In this document: piece by piece, positions 1 through 10,251 of the stretch
Layout of the letters: the number at the start of each line of letters is the position of its first letter
Numbering within the stretch: the stretch's first letter is position 1
Origin: an uncultured virus (IMG/VR IMGVR_UViG_3300032069_000001)
Taxonomy: Duplodnaviria; Heunggongvirae; Uroviricota; Caudoviricetes
Length of the DNA stretch: 64,000 nt
IMG/VR virus record: IMGVR_UViG_3300032069_000001
Location: 33,214-97,213 of that record
Strand: one strand, 5' to 3'
Translations under genes and position numbers: made by a program
The notes under the pieces: generated by a model
Seen by the model: the letters and a program-made list of their open reading frames with translations, nothing else
Told to the model about the DNA's origin: nothing
Databases searched by the model: none

Positions 1-570
1 GCTTGTAACAGGATTATCCAAAAGAAAAATCGGAGTATAAACCCCTGCGGTTGGTAAGTTTACATCTTCTATAATACTGCCAAACATTTTTGCGTCATCT
101 GTAAATTTTGCTACTTTGCTTAAAACGAGAACTTCTAATCTGTTTACACCAAAATTCACAGCAGAACCGATAGCAACGCCAGCACCATCAAATAATCCAA
201 GAACCTTTGTAGTCAACTGTGTTGTTATATCTTTTAATCTTTTCAATAAAGTATAATCCGCTGGAACATCTACAACTTCTCCAACTCTTTGAGTAAGGGC
301 GGTTTCAGACAATCTGGTTGCTAAAGTCGCTTGAGTTGCGACCAAACCTATTTTTGTATCAAAATCTGTCTGCGTAAGAAGTGTCAACAATGTCGTTTCT
401 TTCGCAACCAAATCTATTTTTGTATTAAAACCCGAATTAGTCAATATACCGCTTAAAATGTTTTCCTGTTCTGTAGATATAACAACAGCTATTGACCCAG
501 CAGTATTTCTTTGACCTAAAGTCCCGTCAGCGTTATAATTTCTTACTTCCGATAATTGTCCTTCAAACAT
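1..570 (-). CDS. hypothetical virion-region protein (partial, runs off the window)
   Basis: ATG at 570 after a GGAGGT RBS; open frame MFEGQLSEVRNYNADGTLGQ... to the window edge; not in the ORF track. Confidence 0.7.
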   Translation of the reverse strand, partial: MFEGQLSEVRNYNADGTLGQRNTAGSIAVVISTEQENILSGILTNSGFNTKIDLVAKETTLLTLLTQTDFDTKIGLVATQATLATRLSETALTQRVGEVVDVPADYTLLKRLKDITTQLTTKVLGLFDGAGVAIGSAVNFGVNRLEVLVLSKVAKFTDDAKMFGSIIEDVNLPTAGVYTPIFLLDNPVTS

Positions 571-580
571 AAATTACCTC

Positions 581-970
581 CTATCCGTTTGCATAAATAC
601 CTATTTTTGTATTTGCCAACGTTGTTGTAATATAGATTTTATTTGCAAATTGTTTTTCAAAATTAAAATAACCATTGGGTAAAACAACAGAAGGCGAACT
701 GGTTGAATTAAATTTAACAGAAATCTTTTTATTTGTTTGTATGTGAATATCTCTGATTACAGCACCCAAAAGATATTCTTTGTCATTTTCAACACTAACC
801 ACAGTTTCCTCAACACTAAAATAAGGTTTTGGAACTAAAACTTGTTCATTTTCTATTTCAACAAGCAATGTCCCATCAGTTTTTGTCTTAATCTTCTTAT
901 CAGTTGTTCCGTCATTACCGAACAGTATTGACTTAACCTTACCTTCTATTAAAGCAAATAAATTAGGCAA
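581..970 (-). CDS. hypothetical beta-rich virion protein
   Basis: 129-aa ORF, tightly packed with its neighbours. Confidence 0.65.
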   Translation of the reverse strand: MPNLFALIEGKVKSILFGNDGTTDKKIKTKTDGTLLVEIENEQVLVPKPYFSVEETVVSVENDKEYLLGAVIRDIHIQTNKKISVKFNSTSSPSVVLPNGYFNFEKQFANKIYITTTLANTKIGIYANG

Positions 971-1292
971 CTGTCACCACCAGGCTTGAGACATCTCCAT
1001 TCACGTCTCTTATAAAATTAGTTGTAATCGTTTTACCTTTTACGGTTTCAATGGTCTTATTGACATCTCCATTACCGTCTCTTGTAATAGTTAAAGTTCC
1101 TGGCATTGCAACTTCTATAATGGGAACGGGGTCACCAATATCATTAGTGACTTCCACTTCAGGAGGCATTATAATCCCTTCAACCTTTGTCTGAATAGCC
1201 CAAGTTCCATCTGACAGTTTTACCACTACTGCCTGCCAGATTTCATCTCCCGTAAAACGCCTGCCCTCTAATGGAATTCCTCCTGGTGGCAT
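963..1292 (-). CDS. hypothetical virion protein
   Basis: 109-aa ORF, GAGGT RBS, internal RDxNGDV repeat. Confidence 0.65.
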   Translation of the reverse strand: MPPGGIPLEGRRFTGDEIWQAVVVKLSDGTWAIQTKVEGIIMPPEVEVTNDIGDPVPIIEVAMPGTLTITRDGNGDVNKTIETVKGKTITTNFIRDVNGDVSSLVVTVA

Positions 1293-1295
1293 AGA

Positions 1296-2591
1296 TTACC
1301 TCAACCCCTTTTTATACATATTCGTTAAATATTCACGTGCGAGTTCTTTTAGCTTATCTTCCGCAAGTGCAGGATAAGACATTCTCAACTGACCAACAAC
1401 ATTAACTTCCCTTGATTTAACCCAGTCTTCCATTCCCTCATCATTTCCGAAGGATTTTTTAACAGATGCTTCCGCTTCTTTTTCCATCTTTGTAAGCCTT
1501 GTGTAATAATCGCTAAATTCCTTTAAATGGTCTTTTGCAATTCCCTTTACATAATGTTCAAGCGGTTTAAGTTTGCCAGCATCACAATCCTTTTTCATAT
1601 CTTTCAATGTGGGTAAATGTTCTTTTTCAACTTCTTTACCCATCTTTATTTGTTCTTTCTGCGATTTTTCCACAGGCGGTTGTGCTGACGGCGTGTAATC
1701 TTCCTTCACGCCTGGAAGTGCTCCGAGAGCTCCGCTGGCTATCCTTTCGGCTATCTGTTCATCTTCGGATTTCTCAAGAGACTGATTTACGGAAACATCA
1801 AGGGATTTATTCACATCAGGGCTTGTCCTTATCTGCGACCTTATCTTGCCCGCAATTTCAGTCGGCAGTTTTGACAAGAATATTTCCTGTTCTTTAATCG
1901 TTTTTTTCTTAAGATTTTCAATAATCTTAATAATATTTATACTCTTTGGTATCTTTGCCGTAGGCTTCAACTGTGCGGGTGTCGGTGCTTTTTCGCCTGG
2001 TTTTTTCTGTTCCTGCATCTTTGCTTCAGTTTTAACTCCTGGTCTTTTATAAACATATCTCCAATGACCCGCTTTTGTTTTCACCCTGTCAAGATACCTG
2101 TGAGGCATTTTCATAATACCTGGCATAACCGCCTTCAGCATATCAGATATGGGATTAAATTTGTTATCAGCAAAAGAACTGGCAATATTGGATTTTGTAA
2201 TTTCATCGTGAGACATTAAACCCTCTGTATTCATATCTTCTTCGGATTTTTGGATATAATGACCACCAGAAATAGCATAATTTATGGTATGAAGCAACAT
2301 ACCATTGGGACTATTTACGTCCACACCGAGTTCTTGAATATCTTTACTGATTTCCTGCCAGAGAGACTTGTCCATAATAACTGACGGCGTGGACTTCTCA
2401 AGCTGTTCACACTTGGCAATAATATCCGCTATGGACTTTTCCGCCTTTTTTGAAAATGCTCCGCCCATTTTTTGATAAATGGAAGAAACAACCTTCCAGT
2501 ATCTTGGATTTTCCCTTCCAAATTCTGGATACTGTTTTCTTGCTTGTTTTTTTGCTCTTTCCCATATACTCTCATTCACTTTACCAGGCAT
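1296..2591 (-). CDS. mosaic internal virion protein with many xxKS motifs and a DUF5661-like segment
   Basis: 431 aa; motifs WERAK..QY..YW..IYQKMGG, HRYLDRV..GHWRYVY and MGKEVEKEH...IAKDHLKE..DYYTRL..ME. Confidence 0.6.
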   Translation of the reverse strand: MPGKVNESIWERAKKQARKQYPEFGRENPRYWKVVSSIYQKMGGAFSKKAEKSIADIIAKCEQLEKSTPSVIMDKSLWQEISKDIQELGVDVNSPNGMLLHTINYAISGGHYIQKSEEDMNTEGLMSHDEITKSNIASSFADNKFNPISDMLKAVMPGIMKMPHRYLDRVKTKAGHWRYVYKRPGVKTEAKMQEQKKPGEKAPTPAQLKPTAKIPKSINIIKIIENLKKKTIKEQEIFLSKLPTEIAGKIRSQIRTSPDVNKSLDVSVNQSLEKSEDEQIAERIASGALGALPGVKEDYTPSAQPPVEKSQKEQIKMGKEVEKEHLPTLKDMKKDCDAGKLKPLEHYVKGIAKDHLKEFSDYYTRLTKMEKEAEASVKKSFGNDEGMEDWVKSREVNVVGQLRMSYPALAEDKLKELAREYLTNMYKKGLR

Positions 2592-2603
2592 AATAAACCT
2601 CCT

Positions 2604-2939
2604 TTAAATAACTTGTTCACGTGTGTCCTTGTATCTAACAATTCCTTCCTTATCAATAATTATCTCCCTGCCAATATCAATCCCCATAGATTTCTTTTTC
2701 TGTGGCGGATTTTTTATCTGAACCTTGCCTTCATCAGCTATAATCTTGCCGTTTACTTTCATTTTAATTCCGTTATCAACCAGCCATTCTATTACATCAG
2801 CATCTTTAATGTCCTGGACAACAACCTGATTAAGCAGGACGAATTGAATAATTAGGTTGCCGTTCAAATCCCTTCCGATAATCTGGGGGTGAACTTCAAC
2901 AACCTTTCCGACTATTTTTGGTTGTTTTTGTTCGTTCAT
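2604..2939 (-). CDS. hypothetical protein
   Basis: start moved to MNEQK, which overlaps the TerL stop and follows a GGAGG RBS. Confidence 0.6.
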   Translation of the reverse strand: MNEQKQPKIVGKVVEVHPQIIGRDLNGNLIIQFVLLNQVVVQDIKDADVIEWLVDNGIKMKVNGKIIADEGKVQIKNPPQKKKSMGIDIGREIIIDKEGIVRYKDTREQVI

Positions 2940-4951
2940 AAAATACCGCCTCCGCCACCGCAAATATCTCTGCAACTTTTACCCTGGCTACAGTTATAAC
3001 AAAGTTCGCTTGTCTCGTCATATTTCAAACCATAACACTCGCCCTTCAGAATTCCTTTAATAACGCTTCTTTGTATCAATTCTTCCGAACCACGAAAACC
3101 TGGAACCTCGGGAGCTGATGTTGCAGTTGTTCTCCTTTTTTCTTTAATCGCCTGTGCTATTTCTTTTTCACCGTCCCAATATTCAGACTTGGGAAGTTTG
3201 TCAAACTTGCTTATTCCCGTAACCATATAGTTATAAGCGTGACCAAAGTGGTCTTGTCCCATATTCGCTATCCATTCTTCTATCGTGCCGTCTTTTTCAT
3301 CAATATCTTTTACCAACACAAGATTTGTAAGATGCCTTACAAACTGCTGGAATAATTTCTGGTCAAGATTTCTCGCTACAAGTATTTCCTGTTGCCTGAA
3401 ATATCCAAGACCGACCTTTAAGCTGGTTGTCCTGTCCACGTTGACTTTTGACTGGTCGTCCTGCCATTGCGGTTCAAATATTTTTGAACCTCTCTCTGTG
3501 CTCGGATAAAAGCAGGAGAAAATCTTTTCGGGGAACGCTTTCAATAATTTTGAATTCCTGTCCTTGCCATATCCAGCGTCGCATACCGCTATATCCGCAT
3601 CATACCTGGAAATAATCTGTGCAACTTGTTTTGGGTGCTCATCTGGGTCATCGTGCACTATTTTATAAAGCCCTATGATAAGCGGTTTATTCTTGTGGGT
3701 TGTGCCCACAACAACATACGACGTATCGCCCCAGTCAACTCCCACGCTCACACGCCCGATATAACTGTCATCAACAGGATAAGAAAGCCTTGCGTCCTTT
3801 GACAGACAGTTCATTATATTCGCTTCCGTTACAAGAACGTTATCTCCGAGATACGGAACTCCAAGACAGTAATTAAAGAACAACTGCTTGAACGGATAAT
3901 CTTCCTGCTTGTCCCAAAGGTTCTGTGCCGAAATCCAGGGAGCCATAAGTTGCGTAAGCTGGTAGAATGAAGGTTCTCTATTGGGAAATTTTGCAACCCA
4001 CTCCCCAGACAACCTGTCATCTATGGTCAATTCCTTATCGCAATATTTACACACGTAAATATGCTGACCAAGAAGGTTCTGTGCTAATGAAGTCTTTCCG
4101 TTGCACTCATCATCAGGCAACCAAGTCAACTGTTGCCTTTTCCCGCACCTTCCACATTTAATATACCAGAAATACTGCTTTGATTTCTCCCAGCCTACGT
4201 CCACCCCGTAATTCGGCACAGAAGGGGTTGAAATATCCCTTACCCAACCCCACCTTGAAGATTGTAAACTTTCTTCAAACGCTATTTTTATCCTGGGCGA
4301 CATTCTATCCAGCTCATCAAAGAACGTTATGTCGCTGTCTATGCCTTCACCCAATCTCTCCAACGCACCGCTTCTTAAAAATATGAAACTGTCTCCAATC
4401 TGTTTAAGGTTGACGTTTTGAATATCACCTTTCTTACCCTGGAGATATAAACTCTCGTCAATAGCTGGAGCGATACGTGTATTTGAAAAGTCCTGAACCT
4501 GGCGACCAGAGGGAAGCGTATAGCAGGCTTTAGTATGATTGTGAACATCAAGAAACCACAAAACTTCCGTAATGCAATTTTCAGATAACCCGAGCTGACG
4601 TGCTTTACGGAAGCCTTTGTAAGGAGACATATCCTCCAGCGGTTGAATAAGGAAAGGGCGTTTTTGGTTAAGATGTTCTCCATCAAAATCAAAGGGACGC
4701 CCCTTTAAACTTCTCTTATCAAGAGCCCAAACATAAGGGCTCTCGTTTTGAATTTCCTGTATGAGGACATCTTCGCTTACATCAAGCCTTTCTTTCTCCT
4801 CAAAAACTTTTTCATTGTTCTGTCGGAGATTGGCGAGCCTTTTGTCCGCAGGAGTATTGACAGGAATTCTTGGTTCCTTCTTCTCCGTAAAATTGTCCTC
4901 AATATGTTCATTGATGATTTGCAAATCATCAAGGATTTCGTTTTCCGCCAT
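2936..4951 (-). CDS. terL: terminase large subunit (GpA/Herelleviridae type)
   Basis: KARQLGLSE Walker A variant, FFDELD Walker B, ISTPS, CxxC pairs, GVDWG and DHFGHA nuclease motifs. Confidence 0.95.
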   Translation of the reverse strand: MAENEILDDLQIINEHIEDNFTEKKEPRIPVNTPADKRLANLRQNNEKVFEEKERLDVSEDVLIQEIQNESPYVWALDKRSLKGRPFDFDGEHLNQKRPFLIQPLEDMSPYKGFRKARQLGLSENCITEVLWFLDVHNHTKACYTLPSGRQVQDFSNTRIAPAIDESLYLQGKKGDIQNVNLKQIGDSFIFLRSGALERLGEGIDSDITFFDELDRMSPRIKIAFEESLQSSRWGWVRDISTPSVPNYGVDVGWEKSKQYFWYIKCGRCGKRQQLTWLPDDECNGKTSLAQNLLGQHIYVCKYCDKELTIDDRLSGEWVAKFPNREPSFYQLTQLMAPWISAQNLWDKQEDYPFKQLFFNYCLGVPYLGDNVLVTEANIMNCLSKDARLSYPVDDSYIGRVSVGVDWGDTSYVVVGTTHKNKPLIIGLYKIVHDDPDEHPKQVAQIISRYDADIAVCDAGYGKDRNSKLLKAFPEKIFSCFYPSTERGSKIFEPQWQDDQSKVNVDRTTSLKVGLGYFRQQEILVARNLDQKLFQQFVRHLTNLVLVKDIDEKDGTIEEWIANMGQDHFGHAYNYMVTGISKFDKLPKSEYWDGEKEIAQAIKEKRRTTATSAPEVPGFRGSEELIQRSVIKGILKGECYGLKYDETSELCYNCSQGKSCRDICGGGGGIL

Positions 4952-5171
4952 TATCTTTTCTCTCCACGACCGTCTGCGTGTAGGTTATATCTTTCCCAGA
5001 AATCACGTGAAGTTCCTTTATCGGAAAATTCGTGTGTCGGAAGATATAAGCCAGTTCACGTATTATCTCGTCCGTGTTGTGAATTTTTAAAGCCGTTCCC
5101 GTTCTCTCATAAGTCACAAGCTTGACAACTTTCTCGTTATCTTCAGCTATGACTTCTTCCTTCACTTTCAT
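4929..5171 (-). CDS. hypothetical protein
   Basis: 80-aa ORF overlapping both neighbours. Confidence 0.55.
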   Translation of the reverse strand: MKVKEEVIAEDNEKVVKLVTYERTGTALKIHNTDEIIRELAYIFRHTNFPIKELHVISGKDITYTQTVVERKDNGGKRNP

Positions 5172-5611
5172 TTAAGCCTTTCGTCAATATGTTTTATATT
5201 TTTTTTAGCCAATTCAATAGTTTTTTCTTTAACGCCTTTCACAGCCAGACATTGTTCTAATAGTTTTTTAGCGTTTTCATAGTCGGCTTTAAACAAGTCT
5301 TTTGCGTCCCACTTATCCAATGCGTGCTTTTTGATTAGCATATAGCCAGCATTGTTAAGTCCCCACGCTTTTAAATCCATTCTGTTCAACTGTTCGCCAA
5401 TACTGGAATATTTCAAATAAAGCTCGGAAGCCTTATCATAATCATAAATCGCACACGCTTGTTCGGCTTCTTTACAGACCTTATTCCAGTCCGCATACAA
5501 TTTTGCTTCGGTCGTGGTCAACTCTTTCGGGGCGACGAGTTTATCCTCCGCAAAACTTATCCCGCAGAACAGAAGAACCAAAATCAAAAACATCTCTACG
5601 CACTTTTTCAT
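5168..5611 (-). CDS. secreted helical (TPR-like) protein
   Basis: N-terminal signal peptide ending SFA; AWGLNNAGY TPR-like helix. Confidence 0.6.
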   Translation of the reverse strand: MKKCVEMFLILVLLFCGISFAEDKLVAPKELTTTEAKLYADWNKVCKEAEQACAIYDYDKASELYLKYSSIGEQLNRMDLKAWGLNNAGYMLIKKHALDKWDAKDLFKADYENAKKLLEQCLAVKGVKEKTIELAKKNIKHIDERLK

Positions 5612-5844
5612 TTCTTTACCTCCTTTTTAACTTCTTTTTTGGCGTCAGCTTTCGCATCTGCCTTTACATCTTTCTTCGCTTCAACTGCGACCGAGACGGG
5701 CTGGAGGGTCAGGGATTTCTTGCACGATTTTATTACAATCCCCGCAACCAGACCGACAACAATCACGATGAGAACCCCGATTAACCAGGGCTTCATTATC
5801 TTCTTTGCCACTTTCTTAACTTCTACCTTCGCTTGTGCTACCAT
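5608..5844 (-). CDS. small membrane protein
   Basis: single TM helix, Lys-rich tails, AGGAGG RBS. Confidence 0.6.
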   Translation of the reverse strand: MVAQAKVEVKKVAKKIMKPWLIGVLIVIVVGLVAGIVIKSCKKSLTLQPVSVAVEAKKDVKADAKADAKKEVKKEVKK

Positions 5845-6013
5845 ACTTTAAGTCCTCCTTTAATAGAGGGAGCGGGAACATAGGCTAACGCCCGCCCAGA
5901 CCTCCCTTGAGATTTAATATCGGGAATGGAGCAGGGGTTTTTATCTCTCTTTTGTATAAGTAATTATTTACTTAACTGTTTTGCAAGAAACAACCTTTTC
6001 CTGCTCCATCTCG

Positions 6014-6400
6014 TTATTCAATATAAGTTGCTGTTCTCAAGGCGTCAAAAATCGCTTCGGCGGTCTTTGCTTCCAGGACGAACGCTTTATCGTCCATCTT
6101 TTCCGTGCCCGAAGCAACCTGAACGCATTGCTGGTCGCCCACCATCTTTACCTGCTCCCCGAAATCAGGAAGGGTAAATGCAATGGATTTTGCAATCAGG
6201 ACAGCGATAAGAGCCTGGTTGGTTTTATGCAACTGGTCTATCGGGGTATCCCCTACTGCAACTGCTGGAAGAACAACTGGAACTGCGTTTGCCTCCAGAG
6301 CTTCAATACATTGCTTCTGTATTGATTTTGTTTTTGTGAAATCGTCTGCGATTTCATTGCCGAACAATGCTTCGCTTGGTTTCTGTGGAACTATAGCCAT
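6014..6400 (-). CDS. hypothetical protein
   Basis: 128 aa, AAGGAGG RBS. Confidence 0.65.
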   Translation of the reverse strand: MAIVPQKPSEALFGNEIADDFTKTKSIQKQCIEALEANAVPVVLPAVAVGDTPIDQLHKTNQALIAVLIAKSIAFTLPDFGEQVKMVGDQQCVQVASGTEKMDDKAFVLEAKTAEAIFDALRTATYIE

Positions 6401-6418
6401 AAAATTTTCCTCCTTTTA

Positions 6419-6598
6419 TTAAATTCGCTCTACGCTTGGGTTAATTTTTTTATTTTCTCTCTCCTCTGCCCTCCTTTTTCTCTCACGTTTATCTTTCAAT
6501 GCCTGTAAATGACGCTGGAACCAGTTTTCGCCCTCTGGTTTTACGGGCTTCGGCTCCTCTTTTATTTTTTCCTCCAAAACAAAGGCGTCGTTCAACAT
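6419..6598 (-). CDS. small hypothetical protein
   Basis: MLNDAFVLEEK... 59 aa, GAGG RBS; below the track cutoff. Confidence 0.45.
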   Translation of the reverse strand: MLNDAFVLEEKIKEEPKPVKPEGENWFQRHLQALKDKRERKRRAEERENKKINPSVERI

Positions 6599-6897
6599 AT
6601 CGCTATCCTCACATATCGTTTATTTTCAAATCTGCACAAAATATGCAACTTTTTGTCCTTAAAGTCGTATAAGTAATCAAGTATCTCCCCGTGATGCTTG
6701 GCTGTGATGATGAATTGGACTTTATCCCAGGGGTCAAGGTCGTCTCCAATATATCTTTCAACAACATAAGAATTAACAAACCTTCCAATATTGTCTGCAT
6801 TTCCCCAATCGTCCTCATCTGTTTCAGATATGTCGCTGTAACGCTCGCCATATTTGGATTTAAAGCTTGCGATAAAGGCTTCTGGTGTCTTCTGCAT
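6592..6897 (-). CDS. hypothetical protein
   Basis: 101-aa ORF. Confidence 0.5.
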   Translation of the reverse strand: MQKTPEAFIASFKSKYGERYSDISETDEDDWGNADNIGRFVNSYVVERYIGDDLDPWDKVQFIITAKHHGEILDYLYDFKDKKLHILCRFENKRYVRIAIC

Positions 6898-6949
6898 ACG
6901 TTATACCCCGAATTATCTCCTACGCCCTCCACAAAAGCTCCTTTTTCCG

Positions 6950-7330
6950 TTAATTTGTTTTAAACGGTTCTTTTTTCTCTCCAAAATAGGGTTTTGCATA
7001 ACCCTTATCAACCAATTCCTTATTCAACCATCTTTCAACGGCTTTTTCGTCCTTAAAATACACGTCTGCAAGGTATCTTCCGAATTTCTCCTGTTTATCC
7101 GACTTCGTAACGACCCTGATACGCTTGTTTAATATGCAATTCTCCACATATTTCTTGGCATTTGTGCCCGCTAACAGCTCCTCATCGCTCACTTTGCCGT
7201 GTATTTCAGGAGTATCTACGCCCAATAAACGCACTCTTTGCTCTATCCCAATGCGAAATCCGAGGTCAATAATCACATCAATCGTATCCCCATCTTTTAC
7301 CGCCTTGACTATTGCCTCGTATTCATACAT
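6950..7330 (-). CDS. thermonuclease (SNase) family protein
   Basis: VKDGDTI, RVRLLGVDTPE, KFGRYLA, LNKELVDKGYA; start moved to MYEYEA. Confidence 0.9.
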   Translation of the reverse strand: MYEYEAIVKAVKDGDTIDVIIDLGFRIGIEQRVRLLGVDTPEIHGKVSDEELLAGTNAKKYVENCILNKRIRVVTKSDKQEKFGRYLADVYFKDEKAVERWLNKELVDKGYAKPYFGEKKEPFKTN

Positions 7331-7892
7331 CTTTAGACCCCCTTCTATTCCCCCTCTTAAATTTCTTAACCAACTCGTCCATAGTTTCGCCCTTTTCGGA
7401 GCCAGTTTCAACCGCATCTATTGACAACCCCGACCGCAGAGCAGTCACATCTTGAACCTCATAGTGCCTTGTAACCGCCGTTTTCGGGTCAACGATGCTG
7501 AACTTGTGCCCCTTTTTGAACCGTAGCACCTTGCTATTGTCGGGGAGCTCCGTCAACTCCCGTATCTTGGACGCATCACGAACACCTACCATTCCAGCGA
7601 CTTGCAGAAACTTGGAACACGCCTCATTGTAGCCCTTTGCATACCACTCCAGCTCCACCTTGCGTATATCAGCTCTTGCTTCCTCAACCTTCTTCATTGC
7701 CCGCAGTTCCCAGTCAGCTGGAACATAATCAACAAGCCAATGCCACAGAGCCCGAGCCCAACGAACGACTAAATTTATCCCTACAGGATAACAGACCATT
7801 CCATCAAACGTGTCCGCTACATACGCTACCCCGTAGAACCTCGGTCGCCTTCCTCCTTCCACAACCTCTCTCCTCATAAGTAAGAACCTCAT
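7323..7892 (-). CDS. hypothetical protein
   Basis: 189 aa, GGAGG RBS. Confidence 0.6.
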   Translation of the reverse strand: MRFLLMRREVVEGGRRPRFYGVAYVADTFDGMVCYPVGINLVVRWARALWHWLVDYVPADWELRAMKKVEEARADIRKVELEWYAKGYNEACSKFLQVAGMVGVRDASKIRELTELPDNSKVLRFKKGHKFSIVDPKTAVTRHYEVQDVTALRSGLSIDAVETGSEKGETMDELVKKFKRGNRRGSKDV

Positions 7893-8081
7893 ACTCTACG
7901 CCTCCCCTCCCCTACTACTACCCGACTACTACCTTACTACTCCCGTATTAGTAGAGAACTTTTAACGCTAACTGCCACACCCATAAACTACCTTCCGTAA
8001 ATAGAAAACTTTCAATACCTATAAGCATAATTATAATCAGCCCTTCTGAACTTACATAACCCTTATCACTATCGCATCTTC

Positions 8082-8384
8082 TCATTTTTCCTCCTTTAAA
8101 ACACAGGGCAGGATAGTGAGAGATTTGTCTTTGGCAAAGACAGATATAGTAGAATTTTCCTGCTCAAATTGAAGTGGAGCAACTTCAACCTTTAACTCCT
8201 GCCCTGTTTTGGTAAAACCTGAATAATTCCCGAATGTATAATAAACATTTATAATTCCGCTGATTACATTACCATAACAGTCATAATGCTTCCCGCATTT
8301 TGGACAGTAATATCCACCTGTATAAGCAATCAATTTTTCCCCACAAGAAAAACAATTTACTATAATCATTTTAAGCCACCTCAA
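8082..8384 (-). CDS. zinc-ribbon protein
   Basis: CFSC...CPKC. Confidence 0.55.
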   Translation of the reverse strand: MRWLKMIIVNCFSCGEKLIAYTGGYYCPKCGKHYDCYGNVISGIINVYYTFGNYSGFTKTGQELKVEVAPLQFEQENSTISVFAKDKSLTILPCVLKEEK

Positions 8385-9254
8385 AACCTTTATAAAATCT
8401 ACAGAATAAATGACTGGAAGTGCTGATATTTACTGGGGTTCGGAGAAGCCTCCAGAAATGTAAAAATGAGGCGGATTTCCGATAGTCCCCACCCCCCAAC
8501 GAGCCGTTCCGCCGTAGTGTTCCGCCCGTTTTACGCAAGCCCCGCCCCGACCAGACCGACCCGAGCCTCTGAAAGCCCTGTTGCTGTATGACGTATTGAA
8601 GCCCTGCCCTGTTGACCCTTAAGCCCGCCGTATTATAGCAGTAATAAGCCCCATCAATAGCATCAGCCCGAGAAAAGCCCTGATAAAATAAGGACTTCTG
8701 AACGTCTCCGCCCGCCCGCTGTTGTTTTTCCCCTTGTTTTTCCTTGCTTATTCTTAAGAATTTCTTAAGAATATTAAGAATACTTAAGCCCCTATATAGC
8801 ATATTAAGAAGCCAGCACGCCCCGCTTTCACCTGTTGCCCATTGCCCACCGTTGCCCGTTTGCGACGCCCGCCCGCTATTATTAAGAATATTAAGAGCAC
8901 GCCCGCCCCTGTTGCCTGCTATTGTTTGAGCTGTTGCCGTTGCCGTTGTTGTTGCCTGCTGTTGCCTGTAATAAGCCCCGCCCGCTGTTGCTTGTTTGTT
9001 AGTGTTTGATATTCTTATTATTCTTAAGAGCACGCCGACCCCGCCCGCCCCTGCTTTAGACCCGCCCGCCCCGCTTTTAGCTGTTTTAATATTCTTAAGA
9101 AGCTTTAGGACGCCCGCCGTTGCTATTCTTAAGAAGCCCGCCCCTGTATTAAGACCCTTAAGAAGCCCCGCCAAGAGCCAAGAGCTACAAGAGCCAAGAG
9201 CTAAAAGCTTCCTTGTATTCTTTACCTTGTTATATTTGCCCGCTTGTTTTACTT

Positions 9255-10073
9255 TCATATTTGCCCCGCTTCTGTATTTGCCCCGCCGACGTTGCCCGCT
9301 TCTATTACATCATCAAGCGACAAGCCCGAGACGTTGCCCGCTTCATTATTGCCCGCCCCGCTTGCGACCGCTTTTTTTTCTTTTTGCCCGCCGTTGCCGT
9401 TGCCCGCTTCTGTATTGCTTGCGACGCTTGCGACCGCTTCAATTATATTTTCATTATTTATACCGAGCACGCCCCGCTTTCGCTTTATTGCTTCAATTAC
9501 TGCTTCTTTTAGATTTTTTTTCAATTCAGCTTTATTCCCTGATTGCATATTATTTATTATTGCAATTAAATTTATTGAACGCCCGCCCGAGCTTCCGACC
9601 CCGCCCGCCCCTGCTTCCGTATCTTTTCTTAATTCTTGTATTCCCTGATAATACTTGCTTAATAATGGAGTAGGTTTAATAAACCTTAATTCAGCTGTAT
9701 TATTAAGCTTGTCAAGTAATATCGTTTCAATTTTTTCTAAAATATTCTTTTGACCCGAGACCCTGCGGACTTTATCCGACAAGCCCGTTGTTAAAATAAA
9801 TTCATTTACTTTTTTAATAAATTCAGCTTGTTTTTTCCACTTTGCCAGAGTTTGCGGGGCAATATGCAGAGCTTTTGAAATATCAGAATTATTGTATTTG
9901 TCAAGAGACAAGAGAAAAGCAGATTGAAGCTTTTTAGTATTCCATTTGAAAATTTTTTCCGAGCCAGACGCCGACGCTTCTAAATAATTTTGACCTAATT
10001 CAAGAGCCGAGTTTATCCCCGCCCCTGTATCAGCGACTACGCCCGCCGTGTTTTCCGTTTTTGGTTTTACCAT
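9255..10073 (-). CDS. probable terminase small subunit (HTH protein)
   Basis: HTH NSDISKALHIAPQTLAKWKK followed by a helical core and a low-complexity tail; upstream of terL on the same strand. Confidence 0.6.
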   Translation of the reverse strand: MVKPKTENTAGVVADTGAGINSALELGQNYLEASASGSEKIFKWNTKKLQSAFLLSLDKYNNSDISKALHIAPQTLAKWKKQAEFIKKVNEFILTTGLSDKVRRVSGQKNILEKIETILLDKLNNTAELRFIKPTPLLSKYYQGIQELRKDTEAGAGGVGSSGGRSINLIAIINNMQSGNKAELKKNLKEAVIEAIKRKRGVLGINNENIIEAVASVASNTEAGNGNGGQKEKKAVASGAGNNEAGNVSGLSLDDVIEAGNVGGANTEAGQI

Positions 10074-10222
10074 AATAAATAAGCCCGCCCCTGTTTAAAT
10101 TATTTTTATTGTTTTGGTTTTTGGTTTTATTATGGTTTTGGTTTTGACCCCGAGACCGTGAAGCCCCGAGCACGCCCCGCTTGTCTATCCGATAGACAAG
10201 CCCGAGCCGTTTAATATGTTTT

Positions 10223-10251
10223 ATTATACAGTATTTAATTGAGCTTGTCAA
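10223..10251 (-). promoter_or_regulatory. sigma70/sigmaA consensus promoter (leftward)
   Basis: TTGACA-17nt-TATAAT. Confidence 0.85.

Noticed and set aside
8371-9258. 295-aa ORF and the overlapping plus-strand ORFs at 8744-9673
   Set aside because: Low-complexity products of repeated DNA words, open on both strands, with no recognisable domain; not annotated as CDS.
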